This document shows, piece by piece, positions 22,827-36,230 of a DNA stretch of 64,000 nt. The DNA is taken from contig OZ076409.1 in assembly GCA_964187785.1 (NCBI GenBank), forward strand, positions 32,302,001 to 32,366,000. Direction: 5' to 3'. Made by a program: the position numbers and the translations under genes. Numbering within the stretch: the first letter of the stretch is position 1; each line of letters begins with the position of its first letter. A model generated the notes under the pieces. The model saw only the letters and a list, made by a program, of their open reading frames with translations, ran no database searches and was not told the origin of the DNA. Source of the stretch: Amphiscolops sp. MND2022. Taxonomy: Eukaryota.

Positions 22827-25298
22827 ATTTCTGTTATTCGCAAAGCCAGCACCCAAGAGAAAATAAACAAAGCAGTAATAATCCATCACGTGCCTACTGA
22901 CAAGACTGAAACTCAGATTGAAACCGACCTAGCCTTCAACTTTAAAGTCAAGGCCTCCCGATTCGTGAAAAAAGACGGAACGGTCCTGGGAACCGTGAAA
23001 CTCATCTTTGAAACGAGTCAGGATCAGGAGAAAGTAACAACCGACGGGATATTTTTGGACAATATCTTCTACAGAGCACAACCGTTTGTTCAGCAGGGTA
23101 TAAAAACTGTTCGGTGTTTCAAGTGCCAAAAGTTTGGCCATATTAGTGCCAATTGCAAATCAGAGACATCATGTGGGTACTGCTCTGGACGTCATACTTT
23201 CAAGGAATGTCCTAACAAAGATGAAAACCCTCAATGTGCTAATTGCAAATCCAATCATAGTACAGATTCTCTTCAATGCACCATCTATTTAAAACAAGCC
23301 ATTGCAGTTTACAACTCCCGAGGCATGCCTCTACCCCTAGCTCTGAAGAAACAAATAGCCGATAACCATGACCAGTAGAAAGAAGATTAAATTAATGCAG
23401 CTAAATATCTGTGGAGTTAGTAACCACAGTAGACTTGCTCTGACACAATACTTTGATCAATGTTCACCCCAAATAGTAGCTCTGAACGAAACAAAACAAG
23501 ACTTGAAAATTGACTCGTTCAAGAACTTTCGAACGGAATCTGCCATTAGGCAAAACAAGTCAGAAGGAGTGGCTATACTCATTCACAATAGCTTGCAATA
23601 CACGCGAATATCCAGCAAAGTGACAGATTTTGATAACATATGGCTAATAACAGCAATTGGAGGATATAAAGTCCTCGTAATCACATGTTACATTCGCCCA
23701 GATGACTTCATGTATATAGAACAATTCACAAAAATGATGATGGACGCAGAAGAGTTTGTCGAAACACACCAATTAGACGGGATTATCTTCATGGGAGACC
23801 TAAACGCACGTCATGAGACCCGGGGAGACTCAGTCACAAACAGGAATGGCAGGTTACTGATAGAGCAACTTAGTGATGAATTCCTGATTTTAAACAATGG
23901 ACAACCTACGTACCTCTGTACAAACGGACACAGCGTTAAAGACCTGATAATTCTCTACGGGAATATAGCTGATGCTTCCTGGAACCTTTTTACCGATGCG
24001 GATGTTGAACTTTTTACGGGAGCACCAAATCGGGGACATATACCTGTTTTCGCAGAATAGACATATATCAATAAATCAAAACCAGCGATTAAAAGACCCT
24101 GGTTAGACAAAGCCGACTGGCAAAGCTGGACAGAATTCATACAGATCAAGATCAACTCGATAGAATGTAACACTGCCAGTGAACTCTGGAATGGATTGCA
24201 TGAAATGGGTCAAATGAAATAGGCCGAATAGAATTAGGTCGACCCTTTTGGTCGAATAACTTGGGTCGAATTGACTGAGGTCGAATTGGGTCGAATGGAC
24301 TTGGGTCGAAATCAATATGTTGTCTCCCTTGAACTTGGCATTTTTCAAGGTCGACCCAAGTCCATTCGACCCAATTCTGAAACGGTGAAGATTCGACCCA
24401 TGGCACAGGAGGCCGATTCGACCCATTTCCGTTCACCCCTCTGGAACGCGATGTTGGAAATTATTCAAGAATCTACCGAAAAGTTTATACCAACTAAATA
24501 TCCTAGACCTCACAGCAAACCATTTTGGAACGACGAATTAAAGAAAGCCAGTGAAGATCTACGGTTACTAAGGAAGCATTTTCGGTTAAACTCGAATTAT
24601 AGCAACGGTAATCGTTTGAAAATTGCGAAAGTCGAGTTTCAAAATTTATTATCTAAATATGCCTCAGAATGGTTGAAATGCCAACTTGAAGAATTGGGAC
24701 ATAAAAGAGGCAAAGAATTCTGGAAGCGTTTCAAGCATCTGTACAGTAATGGTTCTGACAACATTGGACCAGTCAGAAATTCTCAACGGCAGCTAATATG
24801 CGAAGAACACGGGATTGCGTCAGAATTCAAGAGAACGTTTTTTGAAGCGCACCATATGGGAAGTGAGTTATTTGATGAGGATCCTACTAGAAATTGCGAG
24901 AATTTCACCTCACCAGACGAGTTTACACTGCAAGCTCCTAATGCAAATTTCACAAATCGTGATTTGGATAAAGCTCTGCAAGAACTCCCCACATGCAACA
25001 ATTTCGTTCAACAACAGAGAATGATTGACAAGCGCCTCCGAGCATACTTTGCCGATAGCAGTCTTATCGATGAATAACAGGAAGGATTTCAGCCCAAACA
25101 CAGCACAACACGTTCGTTATATCGTATGCACCGTCTTTTAGAAGATGTCAAAAAGTCTAAACTTCCATCGGCCCTGTTTTAACATTGATTCCGCATTATC
25201 TGCGAGACAGAAATCCTAGACAGTTGAAAGTGACATAGGCTCTTAGCCTAGCCATCAATGACGGGACCTATTCCGACTAAAGGACTTAAATGTATATA
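22827..25298 (+). mobile_element. APE-type LINE (I-group-like), 5'-truncated in ORF1, most of RT deleted
   Basis: ORF1 end with three CCHC knuckles (CFKCQKFGHISANC...), APE motifs (QLNICG, LNETK, GDLNARH), QEGF...HSTT RT start, (TA)n tail, and 10-bp TSD TATGCAACCC at 22817-22826 and 25299-25308. Confidence 0.88.
24192..24438 (+). mobile_element. MITE with GGGTCGAA subterminal repeats (hAT-like 8-bp TSD)
   Basis: CTCTGGAA at 24184-24191 and 24439-24446; imperfect TIRs (GAAATGGGTC.AAT); GGTCGAA copies on the left and TTCGACCC copies on the right. Confidence 0.8.
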
Positions 25299-25651
25299 TA
25301 TGCAACCCGGGAACCACCGCCACCGAGGCTGAAGCGCGTGAAATTGAGAAGTATCGCGAATTAATAGACAATGGATACATTTTCAACCCGTGGCCTTGGA
25401 AGTACAGGGTTCTTTAGGCGAGAGCAGTGAAATTTTCATCACGCGTCTCTGTGAAATGCTCTGTGGTTCGTACGAGGATCAACGAGTTGGCAGCTTTTTG
25501 AAGCAACGGATTTTAATGGCTCTTCAGATCGGCAATGCGGCCTGTTTTCTAGGAACTGTGAGCTACAGAGATGCGTTCGAAGAAGTTTATTACATAGCTA
25601 TTTTTTTAAACCTCTATCATTGCATCTTTAACAGAAAATTCTACCGGTCGA

Positions 25652-25728
25652 CTGGGATAGTGGCTGGTATGAGTAGTTTGTTGGTTGTTTCTTTTTGCTA
25701 CTGGTCTGCTGGGATAGTGGCTGGTATG
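25652..25728. repeat. 20-bp direct repeat CTGGGATAGTGGCTGGTATG (2 copies, 57-bp period)
   Basis: Exact copies at 25652-25671 and 25709-25728. Confidence 0.8.
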
Positions 25729-28700
25729 GGGTTCCCTACTTTCGTTGCAGACCACGGGTGTGTGTCTTCTCCCTAACACGGTGACACACATGGCACTTGA
25801 TTCATGACGAAGGTTCATGATATCTGATACTGGAAAAAATATGCTTTTGTTCATCATTTTGGAATGATACATCATCTTAGTATTTGCGTTTCGCATCTGC
25901 CGTTGACGCTTTAAAAAGGTTTTGCGCGTTGCAGTGTAATGGGCGAATCATGGGCAACATATTTTCCCCCAAGATGAGCTCACAAATTGAATGACTTTTT
26001 TCAGATATATGTCAATTTATGAACAAATAAAACTGTTTCTGTCAGTATCTTTTGCAACATTTCAATTATGTGCTCTTTCAACCTGGTGGTAGAGGATTCG
26101 CCCGATCAGTTTTTTATCCTCCCGCCTACCGAATTGCATTTCTCTATGTTTAGGAGTGACAGTGAATTAGATTGAGAAAAAGACCGTGTGGTGAAATTTC
26201 ACTAGAACACCAACTATCACTACTTTACTGTGTCAGTGGCCATGCCAAGCGACACAATGTTATTTTTGCATGCCGGACAAAGACGCTTGCCTGTTACTAC
26301 AAGTTACTTCTACCATCACAGCTACTATAACCAATGCAATGAATTTTCAGTTGGAGGGACTGTATGAATACAGGAAAAGCGTGTTCAACTAATACTGAAT
26401 AGTGTGAAGACATGAACAGATAAATGTTACTGCTTTTTTCACGTCTCCGTCCTGAATAAAACATGGAATGCTTGCTTTATTAAAATCCGTCTGAAGTGCA
26501 AAGTAGTGTTTGCGTGGCTGCTTTTGCTGGTGGCCTGTGCAAGTGTGTCATTGTAAGCAACAAGAAGGCAACGACGTAGTGCACTTGCATTGGTGGTGGC
26601 CATCCTGTCCTGTACACGACAAGCAACCTCAACAGGACACGATCTCAACAGAACGGCATGAAAAACTAGGAGGCACAGGACTAATAGGTGGTCTCGTTGG
26701 TCTTCTCAGCTCAACTCTGCTGTCGTTCTTTCTGTTTCTGTTCATCTTTTTATATTCTACTGTTCCTGTATTATATTCTTCCTCATTGCTAGCTAGCATT
26801 TCTGTCTTACCTCCAACATCATAACAGTACACAACAAAAGTGAACCGTTCGAAGCTGCTGCTATTCTTTTCCCTGCTGCCGTGTTTTGTGCTCCTGTATT
26901 CCTTTCAGCGACGTCAACCAGCACATCTAACCGGCCGTGGTAAATTTTGGATACTGACTGTTGTACGAAGCACTGCCGCCGCCGAACCACAAACAGGCAT
27001 CCTCGCACGCCGTTGCCGCCACGCTGCTTTGAATAATTTTTGTTCCCTCCACAACTAGACAATATTATTGGAATGCAAGGAAAGCCGTAGTCGCAGTTAT
27101 AGCAGTTGTGGAAAATTTTGCCGCAAAATTTCTATTCGCTGTTGAGGTTAGTAAAATTGTTCATTTTCCAACGCAATACTAATTTTCTATTTGCTGATAT
27201 TTTAATGTTCCTCATTGATTTCCAGAGAACGGTTTAAATTTTCAAATCAGCGAATTTCGCAAAGTGGCATTTTGATCATTGGCTCTCAATATGACGATTC
27301 ATATCAAATAAGACATCTCATTCGAGAATATTCAGGCGTAGTTTGTTGCATTGCAATCATTATTCATTTGAATGTATTTAGGGTTAAGTTGGGCAACAGG
27401 CTATTTAGTGACTAAGTCATGAACTTAAGGAGGTCGTTGTTTGAACCCTTACTCCTTGCATAAATATTTGTTGATCGTCTGGAATGTCTAGAAGCTCAAT
27501 TTATTATCGTGATCTTTATTGAAACGGATTGTACTAGGCTTCAAACCTGAATGTTTTTCGTTATGCCACGTTTTTCTTGAAAAGATACCACGTCTGATGA
27601 TTTTTCATTAGTCATTCCATTTGTAAATAACTGTTGGGAATGATGATGAGCGAGGGACTGATGTAGATAGGATTCAAAATATACTGAAAGTAACTCAACT
27701 GACAAAACACGACATATCGCCCATGCGGATTTTTCTTAAACTGAAGAGTAGGAAACTTGAAAAGTCATCGTTCACAAACTGAATTTCTATTTAAGTTTCG
27801 ACATAGATCGCATGAGTTCAGGGAACCAATCAATCCAAGTATAGCCAGCACGAACTTGTTTTAGTTGACATTTTTGCTTGAATTCTCTATGCAACTTCTT
27901 AACTGACTCACCAGTTCTCATAATCGTCTCAAACATGTGATATAGTCGTGATTATCTACCCCGTATTTTCATATAGCCCCGCCTTTGTTTACCTTGACAT
28001 TTTTACCATAAAGAATTTCCCAAAAAGAATCGCGCCGTATCTAAATTGTATTTGCGCCGTATCTGAATTTGTAGAGCTTTAAAGGGACACTCTTGAAGTT
28101 TTTGGAAAGCTGCATACGAGCTCAAACTCTTTTGGCTGTGTCTTTCATGAATGTTTTATAAACAATTGGAAGGATTTTCCCAAATTTTATTTTAATCAGC
28201 TAAAGCTATGACAAGCCTATAGCATACCGAAACTTTTTTGACAATAAAATTTTGTGAAATGGAATGAACTGCTTGAACTTCACATGTGTCGACGGCTCAT
28301 TTTTTGAAAGAATCAATTACCAATCCGCCGTTTCTTCAAAGCATACTTGACAAAACTATATATGTATATGAGTAATAGGCGTGTCTTTGAATAGTTAAAA
28401 TAGGGTTTTATCGGCTGACATTTTTCGGCAACAAAAATATGAATACTTTCGAAATCACTCTAGGGCAGTCACCTTTTTAAAATACTGCAAGTAGTAAGGG
28501 AAGGGTGTTTAGACTCAATAAAGGATCACAAATTTCTAAGATAGAATTTTTAGACTCAATCATGGATCCCTAATCTTAAAACGTGCTATAAGACCAAAGT
28601 TCGAGAACATGAACTTTGCTTAACAAACCCTAACAGCTGTATAAATATGCACTGATACAGAAATTAAACTTTTTATTCGACAAAAATTTTAGAAAATGAA

Positions 28701-30839
28701 GTTAAACTAACCTTCTTTTCTTCGTGCTTGACCTCCAAATAACTGTAAACGGTAAGATAACCCTCGAGACAGCAAAGAAATTATAAACTCATTCTTTTGT
28801 TAGAAATTTTAACAAAAATTTTCTAACACAAGTAACCAATTTGAGAAACCATTTAGGGCATAACCGCACAGTCCGAACAACCAATGCATACTCAAAATTT
28901 CATGCACATTCCTAAACAAAATGCACGCTCGGACTGTGCGAATGGAAATTCGATTTGAGAAAAACCACAACTAAGGAAAAAAGGAATTGTATAACTTGGA
29001 AAGTTGATACGATTACTTTTCGTCACAGGAATCATTCTCTAGTTAGACTTCGCCATGACCAGTATATTCAGAGAAGTTTCTTCACACTTATATTATTTGG
29101 TGTATTTCTCTAAAGAAGAGACTTCAGGTCGGGAATTTCATGATCCACCGCCCTGCAAAATAATCAAAAATGCAAATGAAATACTTCAACCAGAACTACG
29201 GGAGAAGCCTCTCGCTTGGCGAAGAGCCAACTCAACAACACTTCTTGTAGATACAGTATCAGATGTCACAACACGGCCAACAAAAGTGAAGCAGAAGATG
29301 AGTGTTCAAACGTTCTCGGAGAACACTATCACGTTCTGTTCTACATCAAGTCGTTCGTGGGGCAGAGAAATTCATCAAAGACACCATAAGTAATCACATC
29401 CTGAATCCTCAAAAAGAAACAAATAAAAGTCAGTCTCGTCAAATGATGCATACCCTGAAAATTGTCTTAAAACTGAAGCACGACTTGGTGAAAACCGATT
29501 GTTCTTTCATGGGAAAGAATGCAATCAATTTTGAAAAGGAAACCAACAAATGATTTATGATAGTTTGGAAACATGGGAGCTTCAGCGCAGCTGTTACACC
29601 TAATTCGAAGAAAGTGAAGACAAAAAAACTTTCTTTCCTTAGCAAGCTATATTAGCCGAGCTCGAGAAGTCTCCAGCAGTTTTTTAAAGACAGTGTACTC
29701 GATTTTATTGAGCTTCTCATGAGAGGATTTGGAACTATCAAGGCGTCTCATCTCATTGTTTTGTCAGTAGACTTGGGATTTTGTGACGCACAATGCCATT
29801 GTTTTGAATGCCAGGACATTTCAACTGGTTTTTGTGGTGCCAGTTTGACCGCTAACGAACACAACGAATTTAATCAAAATATTTTCTCTTTTGTTGTTGA
29901 GAATGCACAATTTCTTAGATTGTCTAATTCTTTTATTGTGAATTTACGCTAAAGAGCAGTTGGTTTTAAAGAAACACATATGAAACAATAAGCAAGTTGG
30001 CTATCGTATGATGAAATTCCTTGATATTGAACAATTGGAAACTAACTTCCAGCTTACAAACTACTTGTTCCCTGAAAACAACGTAAAAATGCATTTTAGC
30101 TGTCTGTTGGTTTTTAAACAAAGAAGTCAACCTTCATGATATAACGATTTGGCACCTTTCGGTGGTCTCATAGACCAGGTGACAGCCTGATGGATACGTG
30201 GGTGAAAGATTTTATATTATTTCAGCTACATGCAATATTTCACGATGCTTTTGGCTTCATGAGGCGTAACTTCGGCGTAGGACCAGGCTATGTATATACT
30301 CTAAGTGAAAATCTTTGCAACAACATGTTTTTGGCCACTTTACGGGATTGGCGTTTAGGTTTTATCAACAACTGTTACACAGGCAAGAATATAACCGTTT
30401 GAAGTTTTAGTTACTTCTCTCGGAACCGCCACCAATGCCAGTTGCACAAAAATAAGCCCACATTTCAGTTAACGTTCCTTTATCACCCAACTCTAATTAA
30501 CGCGCTGTAATTTCATGAAAAGGTCCTCAAGTTGTCATAAAACAGGTTCTGGCACTCAATAGCACAAAAATGTCGAGCACCTGAATTTCGATGATCGTTT
30601 ACAGTTGCACAAATTAATTCAAATTTTGTATAACCTACGTGTGTTTAAGAACCACCCAACGATATGAACGACAATGCTAGCAAAACATCGAAAATATCCG
30701 ACGAATAAACTATACTTGCCTCTGTTGGGGACTGTGTTGATCATGTTAACCTCAACAACTTGATATTAGATCAAAATGATGAAGAAAGGCCGCCTTTCAA
30801 ACTAAATTGTGGATGTCGCACTGATGAAATTAACTGCAG

Positions 30840-30995
30840 CAGATCTTTTCTTATGATTCCAACTACCTATTTTCTAATATTCATGGTAATCATTTGCTCG
30901 TTTCTATATCGTATTGGCCGAGAACAGTTTGTATAAAACTGGAATTATAGCGGTTTTATCTACCTGCATTGGGTATTTGATTCCGAGGTCTGACA
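30840..30995 (+). pseudogene. Small hydrophobic Maverick-type protein upstream of the ATPase
   Basis: Decayed frame ending GIIAVLSTCIGYLIPRSDK*, resembling the SSC.GY.LP motif I recall from small Maverick ORFs. Confidence 0.4.
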
Positions 30996-30996
30996 A

Positions 30997-31548
30997 ATGA
31001 ACAAGCGTATTCGAACGAACTCCTACTGCTTCCTGTCAGTTGTCGGACCATGTGGAAGTGGGAAAACTCAGTTAGTCTCAAGTACGCTAGTTATCCTATA
31101 TAAAGTTTTCAGACCTTCTTCTGACAAAATTCCTTATTTGTATAACCATTTCCTACCGAACTTCGAAGAACTGCAATCGGAATGTGTTCACTGGGATGCA
31201 GTCGAAAAGTGTGGAGGGCAGAGCTCACGGACTCCTATGGTGGTTGATGACCCCTACCAACAGGCATTGCATGGAGACATCGAAATATCCATTTGAATTC
31301 TCTCACACAATCTCTTTCAACAATCGGAGCACTCGAAAACAGTAGAGCTAAACGTCACTCAAATGATTCTTTTCAAGAGCCCGCGAGATTTGGAGCAAAT
31401 AGCTGTACTGGGACGTCAAATGGGGGACAGACAATTGTTACTGGAAGCCCATGAAAGAGCAAATCATGAAGCCTTTGGTCATTTGCTGATCGATTTCGAT
31501 CCTCATACAGACCCTAAACTTGAATACGCTTCCAAATGCTCAAAATGA
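30997..31548 (+). pseudogene. Maverick/Polinton packaging ATPase (A32/FtsK-HerA family)
   Basis: Walker A GPCGSGKT (31045-31068), Walker B MVVDD, HNLFQQ, ILFKSPRD, GHLLIDF; one stop and a deletion. Confidence 0.9.
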
Positions 31549-31619
31549 GCCTTCGATTTTCTATCTAACTTCGAATAACACTTCGGAACAGTTGAACAAT
31601 GAGTCAACAAGAGCTTCAT

Positions 31620-31935
31620 ATCTATGATCAGCGAAATGACGGCAATTGTAAAACGACTGTATATTTCACATTGCTCTATTGACAAAATTTTTTTTGCGAT
31701 TGCTTTTTCAATATTCTGAGCGGTAATATTCAGATGATTGCACCAGCTTCAAGGAAACTAATTCGCAATAATAATAATAAGTTAAATCCGCACAGGAAAC
31801 TAATTGATCTTCTCAACTCCAAAAAAATTGCAATACTGCGAAAACGGCATTCTCTCATAACTACCAATGGTCTCCAGCTGTTTGGAATAATACAACCATC
31901 CGTTTCTAATCATTTGAAAAAGCGGCACGGTATTA
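31620..31935 (+). pseudogene. Small basic Maverick-type protein downstream of the ATPase
   Basis: ILSGNIQM...RKL...KKIAILRKRHSL...GLQLFGIIQPSVSNHL pattern and position after the ATPase. Confidence 0.5.
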
Positions 31936-32250
31936 AAATAAACACTAGGGCAAAGGACTTCATTCGAATCACGGCTGAAGGGTATTAAGCCTGATTGTCA
32001 CTTCGCAAATCAGATGGTAAACAATCGATTTTGTTAAAACCTCGTTTTCAAAAATCCCGTCAGCCAATCGATTGAGAGAAGTTTATCATGCCCAGTTTAC
32101 TGACATTAATTATTTTGTAAGATATTTCGGCTATTTAAAGTACTAAGTAGTTTTCCTGTTGGTAAGTGGTGCCACTGTTTGAGACCTGCATTTTTGTAAT
32201 TGTAAATCGAATTTACTAAGGGAGCCTCCTGATTTAATATATATATATTA

Positions 32251-32383
32251 CAACGTTATTCGGGACACGTTCGCCTCTGTTATGAAAGAGTTTGCTATGA
32301 TGTCGAAATAGAGCCGAAACTTCAGCCTTTGGGAGGTGAGTCCTTCGTCCATAAATCAACGACAACTGAAGATGAGGCGGACA
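32251..32383 (+). mobile_element. Short fragment of an RLE-type LINE
   Basis: NVIRDTFASVMKEF.YDVEIEPKLQPLGGESFVHKSTTTEDEA, the segment preceding the RLE nuclease. Confidence 0.6.
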
Positions 32384-33072
32384 TTGAATGCCAGTTTTAA
32401 GAGATTTGGGTGCGTAAACGTGAGAAATAGTTTAATTTACTGGCTGAATTAAAATAAAAGGCTGAATAAATTAATAGATGAGCTGAATCCTGACTGTATT
32501 GAGGTTTATCGGGCTGAATCGTGACTGAGCAATGAAAAGTACGATTCGGAATTTGAACGCGCTGAATTCCGTGATTTCACAGCGAAAACCAAATTTGACG
32601 AGAACCTGGCTAAAAACCCTGGACTAAAAATCCTTTCTGACATGGTCAAGGGAAACTTTTCTGATCGAGGAAACGTGTGGACTGCTGGTGATAGACATCT
32701 TCTTGATAGAGTTCCTATCCAAAACTGCTTTGTGGAACGTCTTTCAGCAGATACAAGGATATACTGTCATTCAGAAGGCAAAGTCTTACTGAGGACAATT
32801 TTGCAAAAAAGTTGTTTTGCCCTTGTAACTCTGATCTTTAGTAATTTCGCATATAAATTATTGCAAAATTCAATGTTTGAAAGCACATATTTTCTTACAT
32901 ATTCGACCTATTTTAGGCACATATTATATTACATTTTTTAAATTTTTAAGCACATTTTATTAACTCTATTACTTACCAAATAGAGCGGGAGCAAAGAATG
33001 ATTGTTTAATTTATGATTGGTCGCGAGACAAACTGCGTAATGGCCGAGTTTGTTTGCATGGCATTCTAGCAT

Positions 33073-34480
33073 GGTGATAGGGATATTAGCCGATCGATAT
33101 TTTAGCCGAATTGAAAGTGAAATTAGACGAAAATTGAGTTAGAGCAATACTGAAACAGAATACTCGCAAATTGAAATTAAACAAAAATTTATTATTCAAA
33201 CGGAACGACAAATAAGACATATATTAGTCCAATAACAGAAAACATTGATTAAATTGTTTTCAAAAGCGTCTATCAATCTCTGAGTTTTCAAATTGAAATC
33301 CCTGTATCTCCGTCGTTGCGGAGGTGGTGCTTCATCTTGCTCACTCTTTCTGAATTTTACTTTTTGGTTTCTTTCTTGAATTTTCAAAGCCGTCAAAACT
33401 CCCCACAGATTTCGGTTATTTTCTTTCAGTTGTCTTTTCCGATTCGAGTTCCATCCTTCACAAGTGTTTGTTGTTCTAGCAATACCATCTCTTCGGTAGA
33501 CGTTCCAAATTTGAATTGGAACGCCTCGGATCCATTGATTTTCGACGTATTTAAAAAAGTCTTGAGTTTTTGGGTATAACAAAACAATTCTTCGATTATC
33601 AAAATCAGTGCGTTAACTTGCGAAAAGTTGGGTAACCATAAGGTTCTGTTTTACCCCGAGAAATGCCCACGCCATAGGAATTTTATAATCTTGAATCAAA
33701 GCGTGAATACAAAAAATCGGTACGAAAGGATCCGGACAGGTCCTAAAGTTTCCATCACAAAACATGATTTTGCTCTTTGTCAATAATGATAAAGCATGGT
33801 CTGTACAAAAAATTACAACCCCGGCTTGAGAATCTTGATAAAGTAAAAAAAAATTTCCCGCGGAAAGTTTTTTCCCAGTCTCCTATTTTTACGTCTCGGA
33901 TAGCACTTGGAACTGGGGCAGTATTTTTGTTCGGAGTTTACTCATAGAAGGCCGTATAGTATTGTATATCGGAATATAATCCGAAGTTGAGCCTTGCAAT
34001 TTTTCATCATAAATATCTTTGAGCTTTTTAGTGGGATTAATTTCCACCGATTGCAAAACGTTTTCAGGAAATTGTGTTTCTTCAACTTTTTGACTGGGAG
34101 CATCATGGGAATGTTCGGGTTTCGGGGGGTTAATTACGAAAGTACAATTAGAATTCAATGCCATTCTAGTAGGACAATTTTTATTGGAACATTTGAAAGA
34201 TAATTTCAGGCTTCGTCTTGTACAAGAGGCTCTTACCTCGTTTATTGGAGATAAAACTGATGCTGGGCATTGAATGCCAGTTTTAAGATTTGGGTGCGTA
34301 AACGTGAGAAATAGTTTAATTTATTGGCTGAATTAAAATTAAACGCTGAATAAATTAATAGATGAGCTGAATCCTGACTGTACTGAGGTTCTGAGGTTTA
34401 TCGGGCTGAATCGTGACTGAGCAATGAAAAGTACGAGTCGGAATTTGAACGCGCTGATTTCCGTGATCTCACAGCAAAAA
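33073..34480 (-). mobile_element. MULE/Mutator transposon remnant, copy 1
   Basis: Decayed FLYWCH N-terminus plus FFKYVENQW...WNVY...RTTNTCEGWN C-terminal transposase motif. Confidence 0.8.
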
Positions 34481-35289
34481 CTGAACTAAATTTTGTAATA
34501 ATTGAATTTCATTGGCTTCGAAATCCGAATGTGATGTTTATTCACGAACAAAATCCGAGTCTAATCGGTATTTACAAATTTTGCAATTTTATTGGTCGAA
34601 CGAATAGTCTAATCGTCGTCCAATCAAATTGCAGTCCAGTCTGCTTTAAATTCTTTCGTTCTTAATATCGATCGGTCATACTCACGACCATTGAAAATTG
34701 TCAAAAATCACTCATTAACCCAACCGTTGTCTAACAAATTCAATGAATTGACCGTAACCATTCCTTCCTTATCGACATTATTCTTCAACTAGAAGGTAAT
34801 TTGTCATTATGGGATAGTGTGAAATTGCTTGAAAACTAAAAATCCTTTCTGACATGGTCAAGGGAAAATTTTCTGATCGAGGAAACCTGTGGACTGCTGG
34901 TGATAGAGATCTTCTTGATAGAGTTCCTATCCAAAACTGTTTTGTGGAACGGTCTTTCAGCAGATACAAGGTTATACTGTCATGCAGACGGCAAAGTCTT
35001 ACTGAGGACAATATTGCAAAAGTGTTGTTTTGCTCTTGTAACTCTGATCTTTAGTAATTTCGTATATAAATCATTGCAAAATTCAATGGTCGAAAGCACA
35101 TATTTTCTTACATAATCGACCTATTTTAGGCACTTATTATACATATTTTAAATTTTCAAGTACATATTATTATCAGCTCTATTACTCACCAAATAGAGCG
35201 GGAGCCAAGAATGATTAATTGTTTAATTTGTGATTGGTCGCGAGACAAACTGCGTAATAGCCGAGTTTGTTTGCATGGCATTCTAGCAT

Positions 35290-36230
35290 GGTGATAGGGA
35301 TATTAGCTGATCTATATTTTAGCTGAATTAAAAAGTGAAATTAGACGAAAATTGAACTAGAGCAATACTGAAACAGAATACTCGCAAATTGAAATTAAAC
35401 AAAATAAATTTATTTAAACGGAACGACAAATAAGACCATAGGAATTTTATAATCTTGAATCAAAGCGTGAATACAAAAAATGTGTAGGAAAGGATCCGGA
35501 CAGGTCTAATGTTTCCATCACAAAAGATGATTTTGCTCTTTGTCAATAACGATAAAGCATGGTCTGTACAAAAAATTACAACCCCTGCTTGAGAATCTTG
35601 ATAAAGTAAAAAATTTTCCCCGCGGAAAGTTTTTCCCCCGTCTCATATTTTCACGTCTCGGATAGCACTTGGAACGGGGGCAGTATTTTTGTTCGGAGTT
35701 CACTCATAGAAGGCCGTATAGTATTTTATATCGGAATATAATCCGAAGTTGAGCCTTGCAATTCTTCATCATGAATATCTGTGAGCTTTTTAGTAGGATT
35801 ATTTTCCACCGATTGCGAAACTTTTTCACGAAATTGTGTTTCGTCAATTTTTTGCCTGGGTACGTCATAGGAATGTTCGGGATTCGGGGGGTTAATTACG
35901 AAAGTACAATTAGAATTCAATGCCATTCTAGTGGGACAATTTTTATTGGAACATTTGAAATAGATAATTTCAGGCTTCGTCTTATTTCTTTTGTAAAGGA
36001 AGCCATTGTACAAGAGGCTCTTACCTCGTTTATTGGAGATAAAACTGATGCTGGGCATTGAATGCCAGTTTTAAGAAGATTTGGGTGCGTAAACGTGAGA
36101 AATAGTTTAATTTAATGGCTGAATTGAAATTAAAAGCTGAATAAATTAATAGGTGAGCTGAATCGTGACTGAGCAATGAAAAGTACGAGTCAGAATTTGA
36201 ACGCGCTGAATTCCGTGATTTCACAGCAAA
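35290..36230 (-). mobile_element. MULE remnant, copy 2 (internal ~450-bp deletion)
   Basis: ORF 35726-36058 LLYNGFLYKRNK...YFKCSNKNCPTRM (FLYWCH); same insertion point CTAGCAT|GGTGATAGGG as copy 1. Confidence 0.8.

Larger units (their letters stand above)
21865..25600 (+). mobile_element. CRE-type (RLE) non-LTR retrotransposon, 5'-truncated and decayed, split by a LINE insertion
   Basis: Post-RT LILGSPLG and LP..GGLG-like segment; LHGLSC..GRFSRH, KRLDGVSMIP..GKQLMWDVTV; resumes after 25299 with EAEAREIEKYREL...ALEVQGSLG...IGNAACFLG. Confidence 0.8.
28490..32200 (+). mobile_element. Maverick/Polinton remnant (ATPase-side end)
   Basis: AGTAGT terminus shared with 56005, followed by a small hydrophobic ORF, the packaging ATPase and a small basic ORF. 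The right boundary is approximate. Confidence 0.78.

Noticed and set aside
24192-24438. GGGTCGAA repeats (and the ~170-bp repeat at 38323-40165) as a CRISPR array
   Set aside because: No constant repeat with unique spacers, no cas genes, and a eukaryotic context.
26389-26832. Cys-rich minus-strand frame with two in-frame TGA codons (26631, 26550) as a selenoprotein
   Set aside because: No selenoprotein family motif or SECIS was identified; decay of a pseudogene explains the TGAs more simply.
25740-28489. Genes in the short ORFs of this interval
   Set aside because: No recognisable motifs, no consistent splice pattern and frequent stops.
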